Shown here: in pieces, positions 30,211 through 40,637 of the stretch
Numbering within the stretch: position 1 is the stretch's first letter
How the letters are laid out: the number at the start of each line of letters is the position of its first letter
Assembly: GCA_965226885.1 (NCBI GenBank)
Contig: CBDDEL010000017.1
Span: 384,001-448,000, forward strand
DNA length: 64,000 bases
Reading direction: 5' to 3'
Origin: Opitutales bacterium
Lineage (GTDB): Bacteria; Verrucomicrobiota; Verrucomicrobiia; Opitutales; UBA2987
Position numbers and translations under genes: made by a program
The notes under the pieces: generated by a model
Database searches by the model: none
What the model was told of the DNA's origin: nothing
Seen by the model: the letters and a program-made list of their open reading frames with translations, nothing else

Positions 30211-32274
30211 TTAAGGGGTGCAGGTCAGAAGCGGTTCGGAAACGCCGTTTTCCTTCAATCGGGTCATTAGTGACGCCACTGTAAAATTTTCCACCGTGCC
30301 GCTTGCTAAATAGTAAAGCCGTCCCGAAGGGCGCTCCGCCAGAGCGGCATGGTAAACGTTCTCCCAGGAATCCCGCATAGCGGCGGGTTCTTTCGGCAAA
30401 AAGAGGGTTGTCGTCTCAGCCGGAGCCACCAACTGCAACGCCCGCAAGCCGTCGGCGGAAAATTCCGACGGTATCCGTTTTTCCACTGCCCTATTGCTGA
30501 AAAGAATCGTATTCAAACACCGCAGGGCATGGAAAGGCGGCCGCGGGTTGCACAGCGTGTCGAGGAGGCCGTGGCGGATATCCATTGTTCGGTCCAGATC
30601 GATTAGGGGTTCGAAAAATAACCTGCAATCCGGCAGGAGTGCGGCGGCAAAAAGCGATTCAACCGCCTTGAGGGTATTCCAATGGTCGTTCAGCGTTGGG
30701 AGTTCGAGGAGAAAATCGATGCCCCCGATATGGCTGAGAGAGGCTTGATCGAGCAAACCGTTAATCTCTTCCCAAGGGCTTGTGGAGGTTTCCAAGCGGC
30801 AGAGGACTCGCTCAACGAAAAAGTCCTTTTCCTTCAGTGCGTCATTGAGTTGAACCAATTCTTTCAATCGATAGCCAACCCGTGTGCGGGCGTGCTGCTT
30901 GCCCTCTGTCCTCCGACCCGGAATGATCGCACAGAAAGCGATGCCCTCCACTCCCAGCGCCCGTGTTTTTTGTAAAAGGGCGCAGCTTTGCGGCGATGGA
31001 AAAATCGCGTCCGCCAGTTGAATCTCCCAAGCATCGACCCAACTCCCGCAACTCTCGATCAAGCCTGGAAGCTCTTCAACCTCCCCTTCGGGCAGGAAAA
31101 CCGTCAACTCGAATCCCTCGTCCCGCAGCATGGAGAGCCGTGCCGACTGTTTCGCATCCATCAAATCCGTCCATGGCGCCCTCACCGCCCTGACTCCAAG
31201 TTCGAGACAACTGAGAAAAGGGTAGTCGTTGCGAACCCTTTGCCGGATGGTGGACGGAAAAGCGATCGGGACCTCGGCAGATGTAACCAACGGGTGGAGC
31301 AGGGTTATACCCAGCGGGGATTTGGGGAGAGTGCCGGGCAGACGGGTAACAAGACGCTGTGAAGAGCCGCCATCGGCAATGGAAGCTTCCGTTTCCCCTC
31401 CCGTTCTGAGAAAATGCAGGTCGATCTTTTCCTTCCGAACCCGAAAGAGGTAAAAGCCGAGTTTCGGGGCGTCGTCGCGACCCTGTTCCGGGGGCGGACC
31501 GCCGGGAAAAACAGTTCCGAATCCGGGCCGGGTAAAAGATGGCGACACCAGCGTATAAAACCGGGCCGGGCCGATTCGGTCGAAGAATTGAAAATGCACA
31601 TGGCCGGTGGCGAGAACCTCAATAGAGTAGCGACGGACAAGTTCGAGCAGCCACTTACGGGCCGGTTGGCCGATATTGTCGTAATGGCCCAGAGAAGGTT
31701 CATTCTCATCCCAAAGGTAGGGCGGCAGATGAAAGAAAAGGAGTTTTCTGGCATTCTTATTCGCCTCCAGGTCGCTTTCCAGCCATTCTCTTTGCCGCTC
31801 CTCCTGCGGCAATCCCGAATTGAGTATCTGCGAGTTCAAAATGATGAAATGGCAATCCCCATGATCGAAACTGTAGCAGGAAGGGCCGAATAGGCGGTGG
31901 TATTCTTCCAGAGCTGCAGGTTTGACGGCATCGGTGGGCATTGTCTTGTCCGGCTTGTCCCCGACATCCTGGTTTCCGGCCACATGGCGAAGGTTAAATG
32001 AATACTCCTCTAACTGCGCCATGGCTTCCCGCCTGGCCTCGGCAAAATCGGCGGAACCTGGATAAGTCTGCGTCAAATCCCCCATGTGGATGACCCATTC
32101 CGGCTCTAGCGAGGCCACCAATTTTAAGGCCAATTCGATGCGCGCGGTTTGCTTACGCCGCGATTCGAACTCCACTGGTCGGTCCCCCGGATCCATCATG
32201 TAGTGGGTGTCGGCAATGACCACAAACTGGCACTCAGCCGGGGGTAACAGAGATAGATCGAAGTGTGAACGCAT
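30211..32274 (-). CDS. Metallophosphoesterase domain fused to an unrecognised ~390-aa C-terminal domain
   Basis: ADTH, HMGD, GNQD and TGHVH motifs in the N-terminal ~290 aa. Confidence 0.75.
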   Translation of the reverse strand: MRSHFDLSLLPPAECQFVVIADTHYMMDPGDRPVEFESRRKQTARIELALKLVASLEPEWVIHMGDLTQTYPGSADFAEARREAMAQLEEYSFNLRHVAGNQDVGDKPDKTMPTDAVKPAALEEYHRLFGPSCYSFDHGDCHFIILNSQILNSGLPQEERQREWLESDLEANKNARKLLFFHLPPYLWDENEPSLGHYDNIGQPARKWLLELVRRYSIEVLATGHVHFQFFDRIGPARFYTLVSPSFTRPGFGTVFPGGPPPEQGRDDAPKLGFYLFRVRKEKIDLHFLRTGGETEASIADGGSSQRLVTRLPGTLPKSPLGITLLHPLVTSAEVPIAFPSTIRQRVRNDYPFLSCLELGVRAVRAPWTDLMDAKQSARLSMLRDEGFELTVFLPEGEVEELPGLIESCGSWVDAWEIQLADAIFPSPQSCALLQKTRALGVEGIAFCAIIPGRRTEGKQHARTRVGYRLKELVQLNDALKEKDFFVERVLCRLETSTSPWEEINGLLDQASLSHIGGIDFLLELPTLNDHWNTLKAVESLFAAALLPDCRLFFEPLIDLDRTMDIRHGLLDTLCNPRPPFHALRCLNTILFSNRAVEKRIPSEFSADGLRALQLVAPAETTTLFLPKEPAAMRDSWENVYHAALAERPSGRLYYLASGTVENFTVASLMTRLKENGVSEPLLTCTP

Positions 32275-32334
32275 TAATCAGCAAAAATTTTTGAAATTAC
32301 TTCTCCTCGACATAGCATTTGACAAGCACTAAAA

Positions 32335-32350
32335 GTAACCATTTAGTTAC
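32335..32350. promoter_or_regulatory. Palindromic operator GTAACcatttaGTTAC
   Basis: Flanked by TTGACA (32319-32324) and reverse TTGACA (32352-32357) in a divergent region. Confidence 0.87.
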
Positions 32351-32413
32351 TTGTCAAGGTTGAATTGGTTGAATTCATTTTCTGACTGGAAGAATATTCT
32401 GGAAACGCGATTT

Positions 32414-33955
32414 ATGAAAAGAACGGATATCATCGTTGTCGGAGCCGGCCACAATGGGTTGGTCGCGGCGACCTATCTGGCCCGTGCCGGTTTGGAGGTT
32501 CATGTTGTTGAAAAAAAACCCTGGGTCGGTGGCTGCGCCAGAACGGAGGAAGTTTGGCCGGGTTTTCATTTTTCCACCTGTGCCCACTTGATTCATGCCA
32601 TTCACCCCAAAATCATGCGTGATTTCAAGCTGAAGGACCGCGGTCTGCGATGGGTGGAAACCGCACCCACCATCTATCTGCGGGAGGATGGGACCTATTA
32701 CGGTCCGCCCGGGCACGTTTCTCTCCGCAATCGCTGTGCCGGGAACCTGCAAACCGCGAAGGAGCAAAAGGCCGAAATTGATTACAACGCCTTTAAATTG
32801 AGCCTGAACCGGATATTCTCCCCCTACCGTTTGTGCCCTCCGCCTTCTTTGGAAGAATTAATGAGGAAACTTGAGGGAACCCCGGAGGAGACGATCCTGA
32901 AAAGGGCGCTGGAAACGAAACTTTGGGATTTACAGGAACAGTTTTTGCAATCGCCCATGCAACTCGATCAATATGCCTGGGAGGGCGCAGCTTTTAACCG
33001 AAACCCGCTGGCCCTGGCCCTGGCTTATAGTTCCATTGAGGAGCCGGAGGAGGGAGAGGGAAGAGGAGAAACGCCGGCCGTGGGATATGTCAAAGGAGGC
33101 ATGGGCGAATTGAGCCGCCTCCTTCTCGACAACGCCCGAGAGGCGGGGGCGACCGTTCATTGCAATCAGGCGGTTTCCCGTTTTATCGTCGAGGGCAAGG
33201 CCGTAACCGGAGTGGTATTTTCCGATGGCGGGGAAATGCGCGCCCCGCGGGTTCTTTCCAACATCGATCCCATTCAGACATTTACCCATCTGGTTTCCGG
33301 CCAACATTTCCCGGCGGGCTTCCGGCAACGTCTGCAAGAGATTCGTTCCAATGTATCCTGCCTCAAACTACTCGCCGTTGTGAAGGAGTTGCCGAAATGG
33401 ACTCATTGGGACGGTGACCCGGATAGAATACATGAGGGGGCCCTCCGCCTGGGTGTATCCCGCCGGCAAGTCTCCGCAGCTTATGACGACCTGGAAGCGG
33501 GCCGCCCGCCCGCCCGCCCGATAATGAGCGTCAATTTCCCTTCCTTCAAAGATGCCAGTCTCGCGCAAAAGGGTTTTCACACCGCATCGGTATGGATTTT
33601 CCCGGCATCGGCTCAATTAAGGGAAGGAAGCTGGGATGACGCGAGGGAGAAGGTGACCGAAAACCTGATCGACCGGATTACGGAATACGCGCCCAACTTC
33701 CGGTCTTCGATCGTGCACAAAAAGCTGCGCACACCCCTCGACCTGGAACGCGATAACTCCCTCACCGATGGGTGCATCTGGCACATTCAACACGAAGGTG
33801 AATTACTTTTTTGGAACCGTCCCCTACCCGAACTTTCACGATACCGGACGCCCCTCAAAGGCCTCTACCTCTGTGGGGCCGGGCAACACCCCGGCGGAGA
33901 AGTGAGCGGCCTGCCGGGACATAACGCGGCCCATGAAATCCTTAAGGAGTTGTAG
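32414..33955 (+). CDS. Phytoene desaturase-family FAD-dependent oxidoreductase (COG1233-like)
   Basis: GAGHNGLVAA, GGMG and LYLCGAGQHPGGEVSGLPGHNAA motifs. Confidence 0.9.
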   Translation: MKRTDIIVVGAGHNGLVAATYLARAGLEVHVVEKKPWVGGCARTEEVWPGFHFSTCAHLIHAIHPKIMRDFKLKDRGLRWVETAPTIYLREDGTYYGPPGHVSLRNRCAGNLQTAKEQKAEIDYNAFKLSLNRIFSPYRLCPPPSLEELMRKLEGTPEETILKRALETKLWDLQEQFLQSPMQLDQYAWEGAAFNRNPLALALAYSSIEEPEEGEGRGETPAVGYVKGGMGELSRLLLDNAREAGATVHCNQAVSRFIVEGKAVTGVVFSDGGEMRAPRVLSNIDPIQTFTHLVSGQHFPAGFRQRLQEIRSNVSCLKLLAVVKELPKWTHWDGDPDRIHEGALRLGVSRRQVSAAYDDLEAGRPPARPIMSVNFPSFKDASLAQKGFHTASVWIFPASAQLREGSWDDAREKVTENLIDRITEYAPNFRSSIVHKKLRTPLDLERDNSLTDGCIWHIQHEGELLFWNRPLPELSRYRTPLKGLYLCGAGQHPGGEVSGLPGHNAAHEILKEL

Positions 33956-33968
33956 AAACGAACGTCCG

Positions 33969-34784
33969 TTATTCGTTGAAATAACTGTATATCAAAGCCT
34001 GAATGCTGCTGGGGTGTGTCCGTTTGATCTCCCATCTTTCTGCATGTTCCTCGTCGCGCCGGAAAAAATACCGCATCTCGTAGGGTGGAGAAATATGCGG
34101 GTAGCTGAATCGGCCGGGATCATTTTTCAAATCCTGGGCCGCTTGCTGGGCGCCTTCGGACATTTTTAAACGAGCACTTTCAGGAGACAGGTGCCGCGCC
34201 CCAAGCTTCGCACGAGCGCATTGAGCGGCGGATAAATTTTCCATTCCATCCGGCAAGAGTCCCTCTTTTACCGAAACGGTTAGGATTCCCGGCGTCAATG
34301 ACTCCGCCTCTTCGCACAATGCCTTTTCACCCGATGCAAAAAAAGAAGGAACCCCAAGTTCCATGGCGCAAAGGGCCACCTGGCCGAATTCGCCAATTGA
34401 AATGCCATTGAGGCTAACGTCGATATAGGAGAAGCTCTGGGTGTGGGTGAGATGGGAAAAAGGAGTCCCCGCTTTGGCGTGCTGCCCGATCCAGCAAATG
34501 CCATCGTAAGTGTTGTCCAACCCTGGCGGGTATTCCATTCCTGGACCTCGAATCAGATCGACCCGAGGATCGAGCAAGGCCGGATCGATGCCTCCTTCGC
34601 CATGACCATCGAGCACGGTTATGGCGGAGACGCCGCCCGCATAGAGCCCCTTGACAGCCGCGTTCACTTCCCTAGTCAGGAGAGCTTGTCCATGATTATA
34701 AAATATTCCATTTCGCACACACCAGTTTTCGTAATCGAGTACACCGGCCACACCTTCGATATCGGTTATAATGTAAATTTTCAT
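33969..34784 (-). CDS. M55 family D-aminopeptidase (DppA-like)
   Basis: MKIYIITDIEGVAG, DGHG, GQHAKAG, HTQ and IGE motifs. Confidence 0.9.
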   Translation of the reverse strand: MKIYIITDIEGVAGVLDYENWCVRNGIFYNHGQALLTREVNAAVKGLYAGGVSAITVLDGHGEGGIDPALLDPRVDLIRGPGMEYPPGLDNTYDGICWIGQHAKAGTPFSHLTHTQSFSYIDVSLNGISIGEFGQVALCAMELGVPSFFASGEKALCEEAESLTPGILTVSVKEGLLPDGMENLSAAQCARAKLGARHLSPESARLKMSEGAQQAAQDLKNDPGRFSYPHISPPYEMRYFFRRDEEHAERWEIKRTHPSSIQALIYSYFNE

Positions 34785-34809
34785 CGTCCCTGGGTCGTTG
34801 GGTTTTGAA

Positions 34810-36345
34810 TCAAACTTTCCCCCCGTTCAACATATCCAAATCCGCTTCCAGATCAATATCCGGCGGAACCAGCAGTTCATCCGATTTTGGTTTTACTCTT
34901 TTGCCCCACGCTTCCAATGCTTGATATCGCCGGTCATTTTTCCTAGATTCCGGGCGAACCCATTTAGGGTTCCAATTTTTTTCCAGTTTGGCCAAAAGTG
35001 TCTGTCCGATTTCCTCATACTCCGGTTGACCCCAAAGATCATTTTCTTCCGCTCTGTCTTCATTGAGATTGAACAAAGCCGGCGGCAGGTTTTCATCATC
35101 GACATATTTCCACAACTTCCAGGGACCCGATCTTATCATCTTGGCCGCAAAATAATCACTATCCCCAACGGTATCCACAAATTCGCTGAAAGTTTCATTT
35201 TCCCATTCGCTGGAATCCTCATTTTTCAAGAGCGGAAGCAGTGAGCGCCCCTCGATCATAGGGGGAGGCTCGCCTCCACCCAATTCACATAGAGTAGGAC
35301 CAAGATCCATCAGATTGCAGACTTGGGAAATCGATCGACTCGATCCGAATTTCGCGGGATTCCTGATAATCAGTGGAATGGATACACTTTCCTCGTAAAA
35401 ACTGCTCTTCCACCAACAGCCCTTGGTGCCCGCCATCTCCCCATGATCAGAAGTATAAACGACCGTAGTATCTTCCTTCAACCCGTTAGCTTCGAGTGCC
35501 TCCAGCACCTTGCCGATCTGCTGGTCGAGAAATTCACACATGCCGAAATAGGCGGCCCGGGCAATGCGTATCCGACGTTCGGAAATCGGCGGATCGTCCA
35601 GATCACGGATTCTCCGGAATCGTTTGATGGTGGGCGGGAGGTCTCTTGGAACCGTGGGCGCCTCCACTAATGGATAATAATAATCGAATAGATCGTCGGG
35701 GGCAAAGAAGGGGCAATGCGGAAGAACGTACCCGACAACCGCGGCGAATGGTTGCTGGGAATCTCTTTTCCCTTCGAGATAAGCGCAGGCCGCCTCGGTA
35801 ACTTGTTCATCAAACCATTGATAAAAAGTTCTCCCCTTTCCCGACATTTCAACCGAGGCCCTGGTTTGACCGGCAGTTTCTACAGGAATCCGGCTCCATA
35901 AATTCTGGTGATCCGGCTCGGAACCGGGAGGGCAGGCCGAAAATTCTCCCAATGGCCGTTCCATAAAACCACCTAGTTGATCCTTTCCCACGAAGTGCAT
36001 CCGGCCTATAAGGCTCGTCCTATAGCCAACTGCCCCCAGCGAATGTACCCATGTTGGGGTATTGGGATCAAGCATGTGGCTATTGTCCCAAACGCGGTTC
36101 CGGCTCGGCGAATTGGAAGTAAGAAAACTCATGCGGCTAGGTACACAAATGGGAGCAGGACAATAAGCCTCGTCAAAACGAACCCCCTCAGCCGCTAACG
36201 AATCCAGATTGGGAGTTCGAATAATCGGATTTCCGTAGGCGCCCAAGCAAGACTTGGAGTGCTGGTCGGACATAATGACGAGTAGGTTCTTCATCGACAA
36301 ATAGCGTGGCTCATCAGAAGAAAAAGACTTGTCTTTATTCTCCAT
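34810..36345 (-). CDS. Cys-type sulfatase (choline-sulfatase-like); may start at 36294
   Basis: MSDQH, CVPSRMSFLT, GRMHF and YTSDHGEM motifs. Confidence 0.92.
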   Translation of the reverse strand: MENKDKSFSSDEPRYLSMKNLLVIMSDQHSKSCLGAYGNPIIRTPNLDSLAAEGVRFDEAYCPAPICVPSRMSFLTSNSPSRNRVWDNSHMLDPNTPTWVHSLGAVGYRTSLIGRMHFVGKDQLGGFMERPLGEFSACPPGSEPDHQNLWSRIPVETAGQTRASVEMSGKGRTFYQWFDEQVTEAACAYLEGKRDSQQPFAAVVGYVLPHCPFFAPDDLFDYYYPLVEAPTVPRDLPPTIKRFRRIRDLDDPPISERRIRIARAAYFGMCEFLDQQIGKVLEALEANGLKEDTTVVYTSDHGEMAGTKGCWWKSSFYEESVSIPLIIRNPAKFGSSRSISQVCNLMDLGPTLCELGGGEPPPMIEGRSLLPLLKNEDSSEWENETFSEFVDTVGDSDYFAAKMIRSGPWKLWKYVDDENLPPALFNLNEDRAEENDLWGQPEYEEIGQTLLAKLEKNWNPKWVRPESRKNDRRYQALEAWGKRVKPKSDELLVPPDIDLEADLDMLNGGKV

Positions 36346-36349
36346 AGAT

Positions 36350-36365
36350 GTAACCGTTTAGTTAC
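36350..36365. promoter_or_regulatory. Palindromic operator GTAACcgtttaGTTAC
   Basis: In a divergent intergenic region, immediately upstream of the sulfatase ATG. Confidence 0.85.
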
Positions 36366-36602
36366 TATTTATTGAATTTTGTAAAGTTCTTTTTATAGAG
36401 CAAAAAAATTATTGTGATGTTTCGTATTATTTTGCGTTGGATGTAATTTGAAATTTTACTTAGGCGACAAAGGACATGGCAAGCTGTAGAAAATCCGAAT
36501 TCGCGGCGGGGGCCTGATATCTACGAATGAAAACGTCACGAGATTCTGGAACTCAGGTCTGAGATAGGATTCGAATTGTCTGCAATCAATTTGGGGAACC
36601 AG

Positions 36603-37664
36603 ATGGTAAAAAAAATACGGCTTGGATTCATTGGCACAGGCAACATGGGCCATGTGGCCCACCTGCGTAATTATCTTGCAGTTCCTGACTGCGAAGTATG
36701 CGCGCTGGCGGAATTGAGGCCGCAACTGGCCAGGAAAGTCGCCCAACGCTACGGCATCGGGCAGGTTTATCGCGATCATGAAGAACTACTTGCTTCAGCC
36801 GATGTGGACGGCCTGGTCGCCATCCAGCCGTTTGTCCGGCATGATCGACTTGTGCCGAAGTTGCTGGAGGCCCGTTTGCCCCTGCTCATCGAAAAGCCGC
36901 TCGCCCACTCGGTGGAAGCGGGAGATAAAATACTGGCGGCGCAGCGGAAGACGGGAACGCCGCTATATATTGCCTACAACAAGCGCAGCGATCCGGCTGT
37001 GGTCTGGTCGATGGCGTTGATGCGGAAATGGCAACAGAGTGGCCAATACGGGCCGCTCAGGTATATTCGCATATCTATGCCGCCCGGAGATTGGAGGGCG
37101 GAAGCTTTTACCGAACTCGTAAGGACAGAAGAGGTACGCCCGTCACCGGAAATCCCGCCACCCCCTGAAGGCTTTAGCGAAGAATTAGCAAAAGAGTACA
37201 AATATTTTGTCGATTACTACATCCATCAGGTGAATCTTCTGAGGCATTTACTGGGGGAAGATTACGAAGTTGCGTATGCCGATCCGGCTAGAATCGTTAT
37301 GCCCATAAGGTCCCAAAGCGGCGTGCCAGGGATTCTTGAGATGAACGCCTGCCGAACTACCCGCGATTGGCAGGAAGAGGCTTTTATAGCGTTTGAAAAA
37401 GGCTGGATAAAAATAGCTTTGCCCGCGCCACTGGCCGTTAATCGATCTGGGAGTGTCACGGTTTTCCAGGATGCGGGCGATGGGGCCATACCTGAAAAGT
37501 ATTCTCCCACACTGCCCATGATCCATTCCATGCGACAGCAAGCGATTCACTTCGTCAGCACTTTGCGGGGGGAGAAGACCTGCCTGTGCACTGCCGAAGA
37601 AGCCATAAAAGACCTTCGCACCGCGAAATCCTACATCGAACTTTTAGGAGGCAGGCAGGGCTAG
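36603..37664 (+). CDS. Gfo/Idh/MocA family oxidoreductase
   Basis: GFIGTGNMG and IEKP motifs. Confidence 0.9.
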   Translation: MVKKIRLGFIGTGNMGHVAHLRNYLAVPDCEVCALAELRPQLARKVAQRYGIGQVYRDHEELLASADVDGLVAIQPFVRHDRLVPKLLEARLPLLIEKPLAHSVEAGDKILAAQRKTGTPLYIAYNKRSDPAVVWSMALMRKWQQSGQYGPLRYIRISMPPGDWRAEAFTELVRTEEVRPSPEIPPPPEGFSEELAKEYKYFVDYYIHQVNLLRHLLGEDYEVAYADPARIVMPIRSQSGVPGILEMNACRTTRDWQEEAFIAFEKGWIKIALPAPLAVNRSGSVTVFQDAGDGAIPEKYSPTLPMIHSMRQQAIHFVSTLRGEKTCLCTAEEAIKDLRTAKSYIELLGGRQG

Positions 37665-37666
37665 CC

Positions 37667-38491
37667 ATGAAGAAAGAGCAAATCGCCATAAACACTGTTT
37701 CCTTAACCATAGACGATCTGGAAGCGGCCTTGGGAGCGATCCGGGAGAGCGGTTTCCTTAAAGTGGAGTTCGCCCTCCGCCAGGTAAAAGAGTACTTCAA
37801 AGCAGGGGGTTCGACGGAAAACCTGCGTCGCGTCCTGGACCGGCTGGGGCTGCGCTGCATCGGCGGTTTTGAATGTATTTTGGCCTGTTTTGCGAAAGAA
37901 GAACAGCGCGAGCGAAACCATGTTCTGCTGAGGGAAAATGCCGGGCTTCTGGCAAATCTGGGAGCCCGCAACATGGTGATAGGGATAGACCGCCCAGATT
38001 CTGCCCAACTAGAGATGGCTCATATTAACGTCATTGCGGAAACCCTCAAAACGGTCGCTGACGATATCGCCGGGACGGGAGTCAGTCTGCTCATCGAATT
38101 TAACTGGGGCTCGATTAAAACCTTGGATGCGGCAGCGCAAATTGTCCGCCGTTCGGGTGCTGCCAACGCGGGCGTCTTGTTCGATCCCGCGCATTATTAC
38201 TGCACACCGACGAAATTCGACCAGCTCGGGCCGGAGAATGTCGCTTGCATCAAACACGTCCATGTGGACGACATGGAAGACATCCCGGCGGAATTCAGCA
38301 ACTGCAATTCGAGTCGCGTCCTGCCGGGGGAGGGCTGTCTCGATCTGGCGGCGCTGATCGGCCGCCTGGAGGCCCATGGGTATGGCGAAGATTACTCCAT
38401 CGAATTGTTCAACAAGGATTTGTGGAAGCTGCCGGTTCCCGAAGCCGCTTCCCTGATGTATGCCAGCATGGAAAACCTCTGCACTCCTTGA
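37667..38491 (+). CDS. Sugar-phosphate isomerase/epimerase (IolI-like TIM barrel)
   Basis: LIEF, FDPAH, HVHVDD, RVLPGEG and SIELF motifs. Confidence 0.88.
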   Translation: MKKEQIAINTVSLTIDDLEAALGAIRESGFLKVEFALRQVKEYFKAGGSTENLRRVLDRLGLRCIGGFECILACFAKEEQRERNHVLLRENAGLLANLGARNMVIGIDRPDSAQLEMAHINVIAETLKTVADDIAGTGVSLLIEFNWGSIKTLDAAAQIVRRSGAANAGVLFDPAHYYCTPTKFDQLGPENVACIKHVHVDDMEDIPAEFSNCNSSRVLPGEGCLDLAALIGRLEAHGYGEDYSIELFNKDLWKLPVPEAASLMYASMENLCTP

Positions 38492-39150
38492 TTTGCCTTT
38501 CCAGTGGCGCAACGCTTAAACTTTAACCAATTATTGCAACTGTCATGACTGAATTGAAAATGAAAACGCGTACGGGAGGATTTGTCATTGGTTTCCGAGT
38601 CGGCACGGGCGGCTGGCAAGAAAATCTCAATACTGCTATCGACTGGGCTCTGAAGCAAGGCTTTGGGGCGCTCGATCTGGTAGGCCGACCTCCGGAAGAC
38701 ACCAAACGTGTTCGGGAGACCGGTTTGCAGGTAGGCTCTGTGGACTTGGTCGGCTGGAAGGCGCTGCTTTCTCCAGATCCTGGCAAGCGCCGCCAAGCAT
38801 TCGCCGCCGCAGAATCGCATATCAGGTCCTGCGCGACGTTCGGGGCGCGTAATTTTTTCACTATCATGCTGCCCGAAGATCCTTCCCTTGAGCGGGCGGA
38901 AAACTTCAAATACATGGTGGAGAGCTATGGCGCTATGGCCCCGGTTCTTGAAAAAACGGAAAGCCGTATTGTCATAGAAGGCTGGCCTGGTCAGGGAGCG
39001 CTTTGTTGCACACCGGAAAGCTGCCGGGCCTTTTTTACCGAGTGTCCATTTGCTTGTATGGGTATCAATTACGATCCTTTGCACCTCATCCGTATGGGTA
39101 TTGAACCGCTTCGATTTTTGCGTGAATTTGCCCCGCGCGTATTTCACTTA

Positions 39151-40281
39151 TACCAAATCGCAAAAGGATTGATAAAGATTAAAAAACAGCTATAAAGGCG
39201 GAATGAGAAGATATATGGGAACCGATGAAGACCGTGAACGTATCAAGAAATTGCTCAACAAAGAGGCTGTCGGCTGGCGTAAAGAGCGTTTGGTGGCATT
39301 AAAAATGGGCTTCCAGCCGCACCACAGCATTGATGAAATTGGAGCCATCGTGGGCCGAGGCAAAGCGACGATCCAGCGTTGGTTTGACAAATATCGTGCT
39401 GCAGGGCTCGGGGCGGTGCTTACACGCGCCTACAAAGGCGGGATCAAAAGCCGTTGCGACAAAGAGGTGGAGGCCTTCTTGCTCAATGGTTTGAAGGTCG
39501 CGCGCTGGAACACAGCCGTTCAGGCGGGGCAAGAGCTGGAGCGACATTTCGGGCGCTCCTTCGCCTACAAGACGGTGTGGCGATGGCTAAAAAAATGCGC
39601 CGGGGTGCTTCGAGTCCCTCGCCCCGTGCATGAGAAACGGGACTCGGCAAAAGCGGAAGCGTTCAAGCGAGACTTTTTTAAGATCCTCCAGGAGCTTTCC
39701 CTCACCCGAGGCAATCGGGTTCGGGTGTGGTTTGCCGATGAAAGCCGTTTTGGTTTGCTTCCGGTGTACCGCCGGTGCTGGACGCAAAGAGGGCTTCGGC
39801 CGCACAAAAAATATCAGACAAGATACCAGTGGAGCTACTGTTACGGAGCCCTCGACGTGGTCAACGGCGAGATGGTATGCATCCAAACCCCTAGCACGAA
39901 TCTACAGTGGACGGAGGCTTTCCTCCAACAGATCAAAAAGCAATATCCTGAGGAGGAACATGTGGTTGTATGGGACGGGGCAGGCTTCCATCCGCACGAC
40001 TCGGAGCACCCCAACGTCCCCCCGGGCATACATATCGTGAATTTGCCGCCGTATAGTCCTGAACTCAACCCGATTGAAAGACTTTGGGATATGATACAGG
40101 ATCAAACGGCCAACAAACTGTGGCCGAGCATTGAGCGACTCGAAGAAGTCGTCGCAACCCATCTCAAAGACTGGTGGGAGGACACTGAAAAAGTCCTCTC
40201 TTTAGTTGGCGGAGGCTGGCAGCACATTCAAGCAAACGCTTCTGCCAAATAATTTATTATCATACCTAATGAGATTTGGTA
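39151..40281 (+). mobile_element. IS630-family element (1131 bp)
   Basis: 25-bp imperfect IRs TACCAAATC...TGATAA (20/25 match); flanked by TTA on both sides. Confidence 0.92.
39203..40252 (+). CDS. IS630 transposase (single ORF, intact)
   Basis: FADESRFG, WDGAGFH and LPPYSPELNPIE motifs. Confidence 0.95.
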   Translation: MRRYMGTDEDRERIKKLLNKEAVGWRKERLVALKMGFQPHHSIDEIGAIVGRGKATIQRWFDKYRAAGLGAVLTRAYKGGIKSRCDKEVEAFLLNGLKVARWNTAVQAGQELERHFGRSFAYKTVWRWLKKCAGVLRVPRPVHEKRDSAKAEAFKRDFFKILQELSLTRGNRVRVWFADESRFGLLPVYRRCWTQRGLRPHKKYQTRYQWSYCYGALDVVNGEMVCIQTPSTNLQWTEAFLQQIKKQYPEEEHVVVWDGAGFHPHDSEHPNVPPGIHIVNLPPYSPELNPIERLWDMIQDQTANKLWPSIERLEEVVATHLKDWWEDTEKVLSLVGGGWQHIQANASAK

Positions 40282-40580
40282 TTACACGCCAAGGACACCA
40301 TCCGCTTGCCGGACGATCTGTATGAATACGGCACTGAGCAGCCGGCCACTTTTAAAAAGAAACACCGTTATGGAGGATTTAGCTGGCGCTACACTCTGCC
40401 CGGGCTGGGCGAGGCGCCATGGACGGAGATATTCCGTCTATTGCTCAAGAGCGGTTACACCGGAATGGCCAGCATCGAATTGGAAGACGAGAATTTTAAC
40501 GGTGCCGAGGAAGGGGAAAAATTTGCTTTGGCACACTCGATGCGATACCTTGCCGGTTGCTGAACCCGGTTTCGCTGAGG

Positions 40581-40604
40581 ACCGGCAGACCGGCAGACCG
40601 GCAG
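40581..40604. repeat. (ACCGGCAG)x3 tandem repeat
   Basis: Direct reading of the sequence. Confidence 0.9.
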
Positions 40605-40637
40605 TAGTGGAAAGTTTTAACGAATATAAACACTTCA

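Larger units (their letters stand above)
38545..40563 (+). pseudogene. Sugar-phosphate isomerase/epimerase split by IS630 (38545-39150 plus 40285-40563)
   Basis: Removing the IS and one TTA restores RVFHLHAKDT in frame (294 aa); NYDPLH and SIELED motifs. Confidence 0.88.

Noticed and set aside
32414..33955. Carotenoid biosynthesis (crtI)
   Set aside because: No crtB or crtE nearby; the catabolic context fits generic COG1233 oxidoreductases
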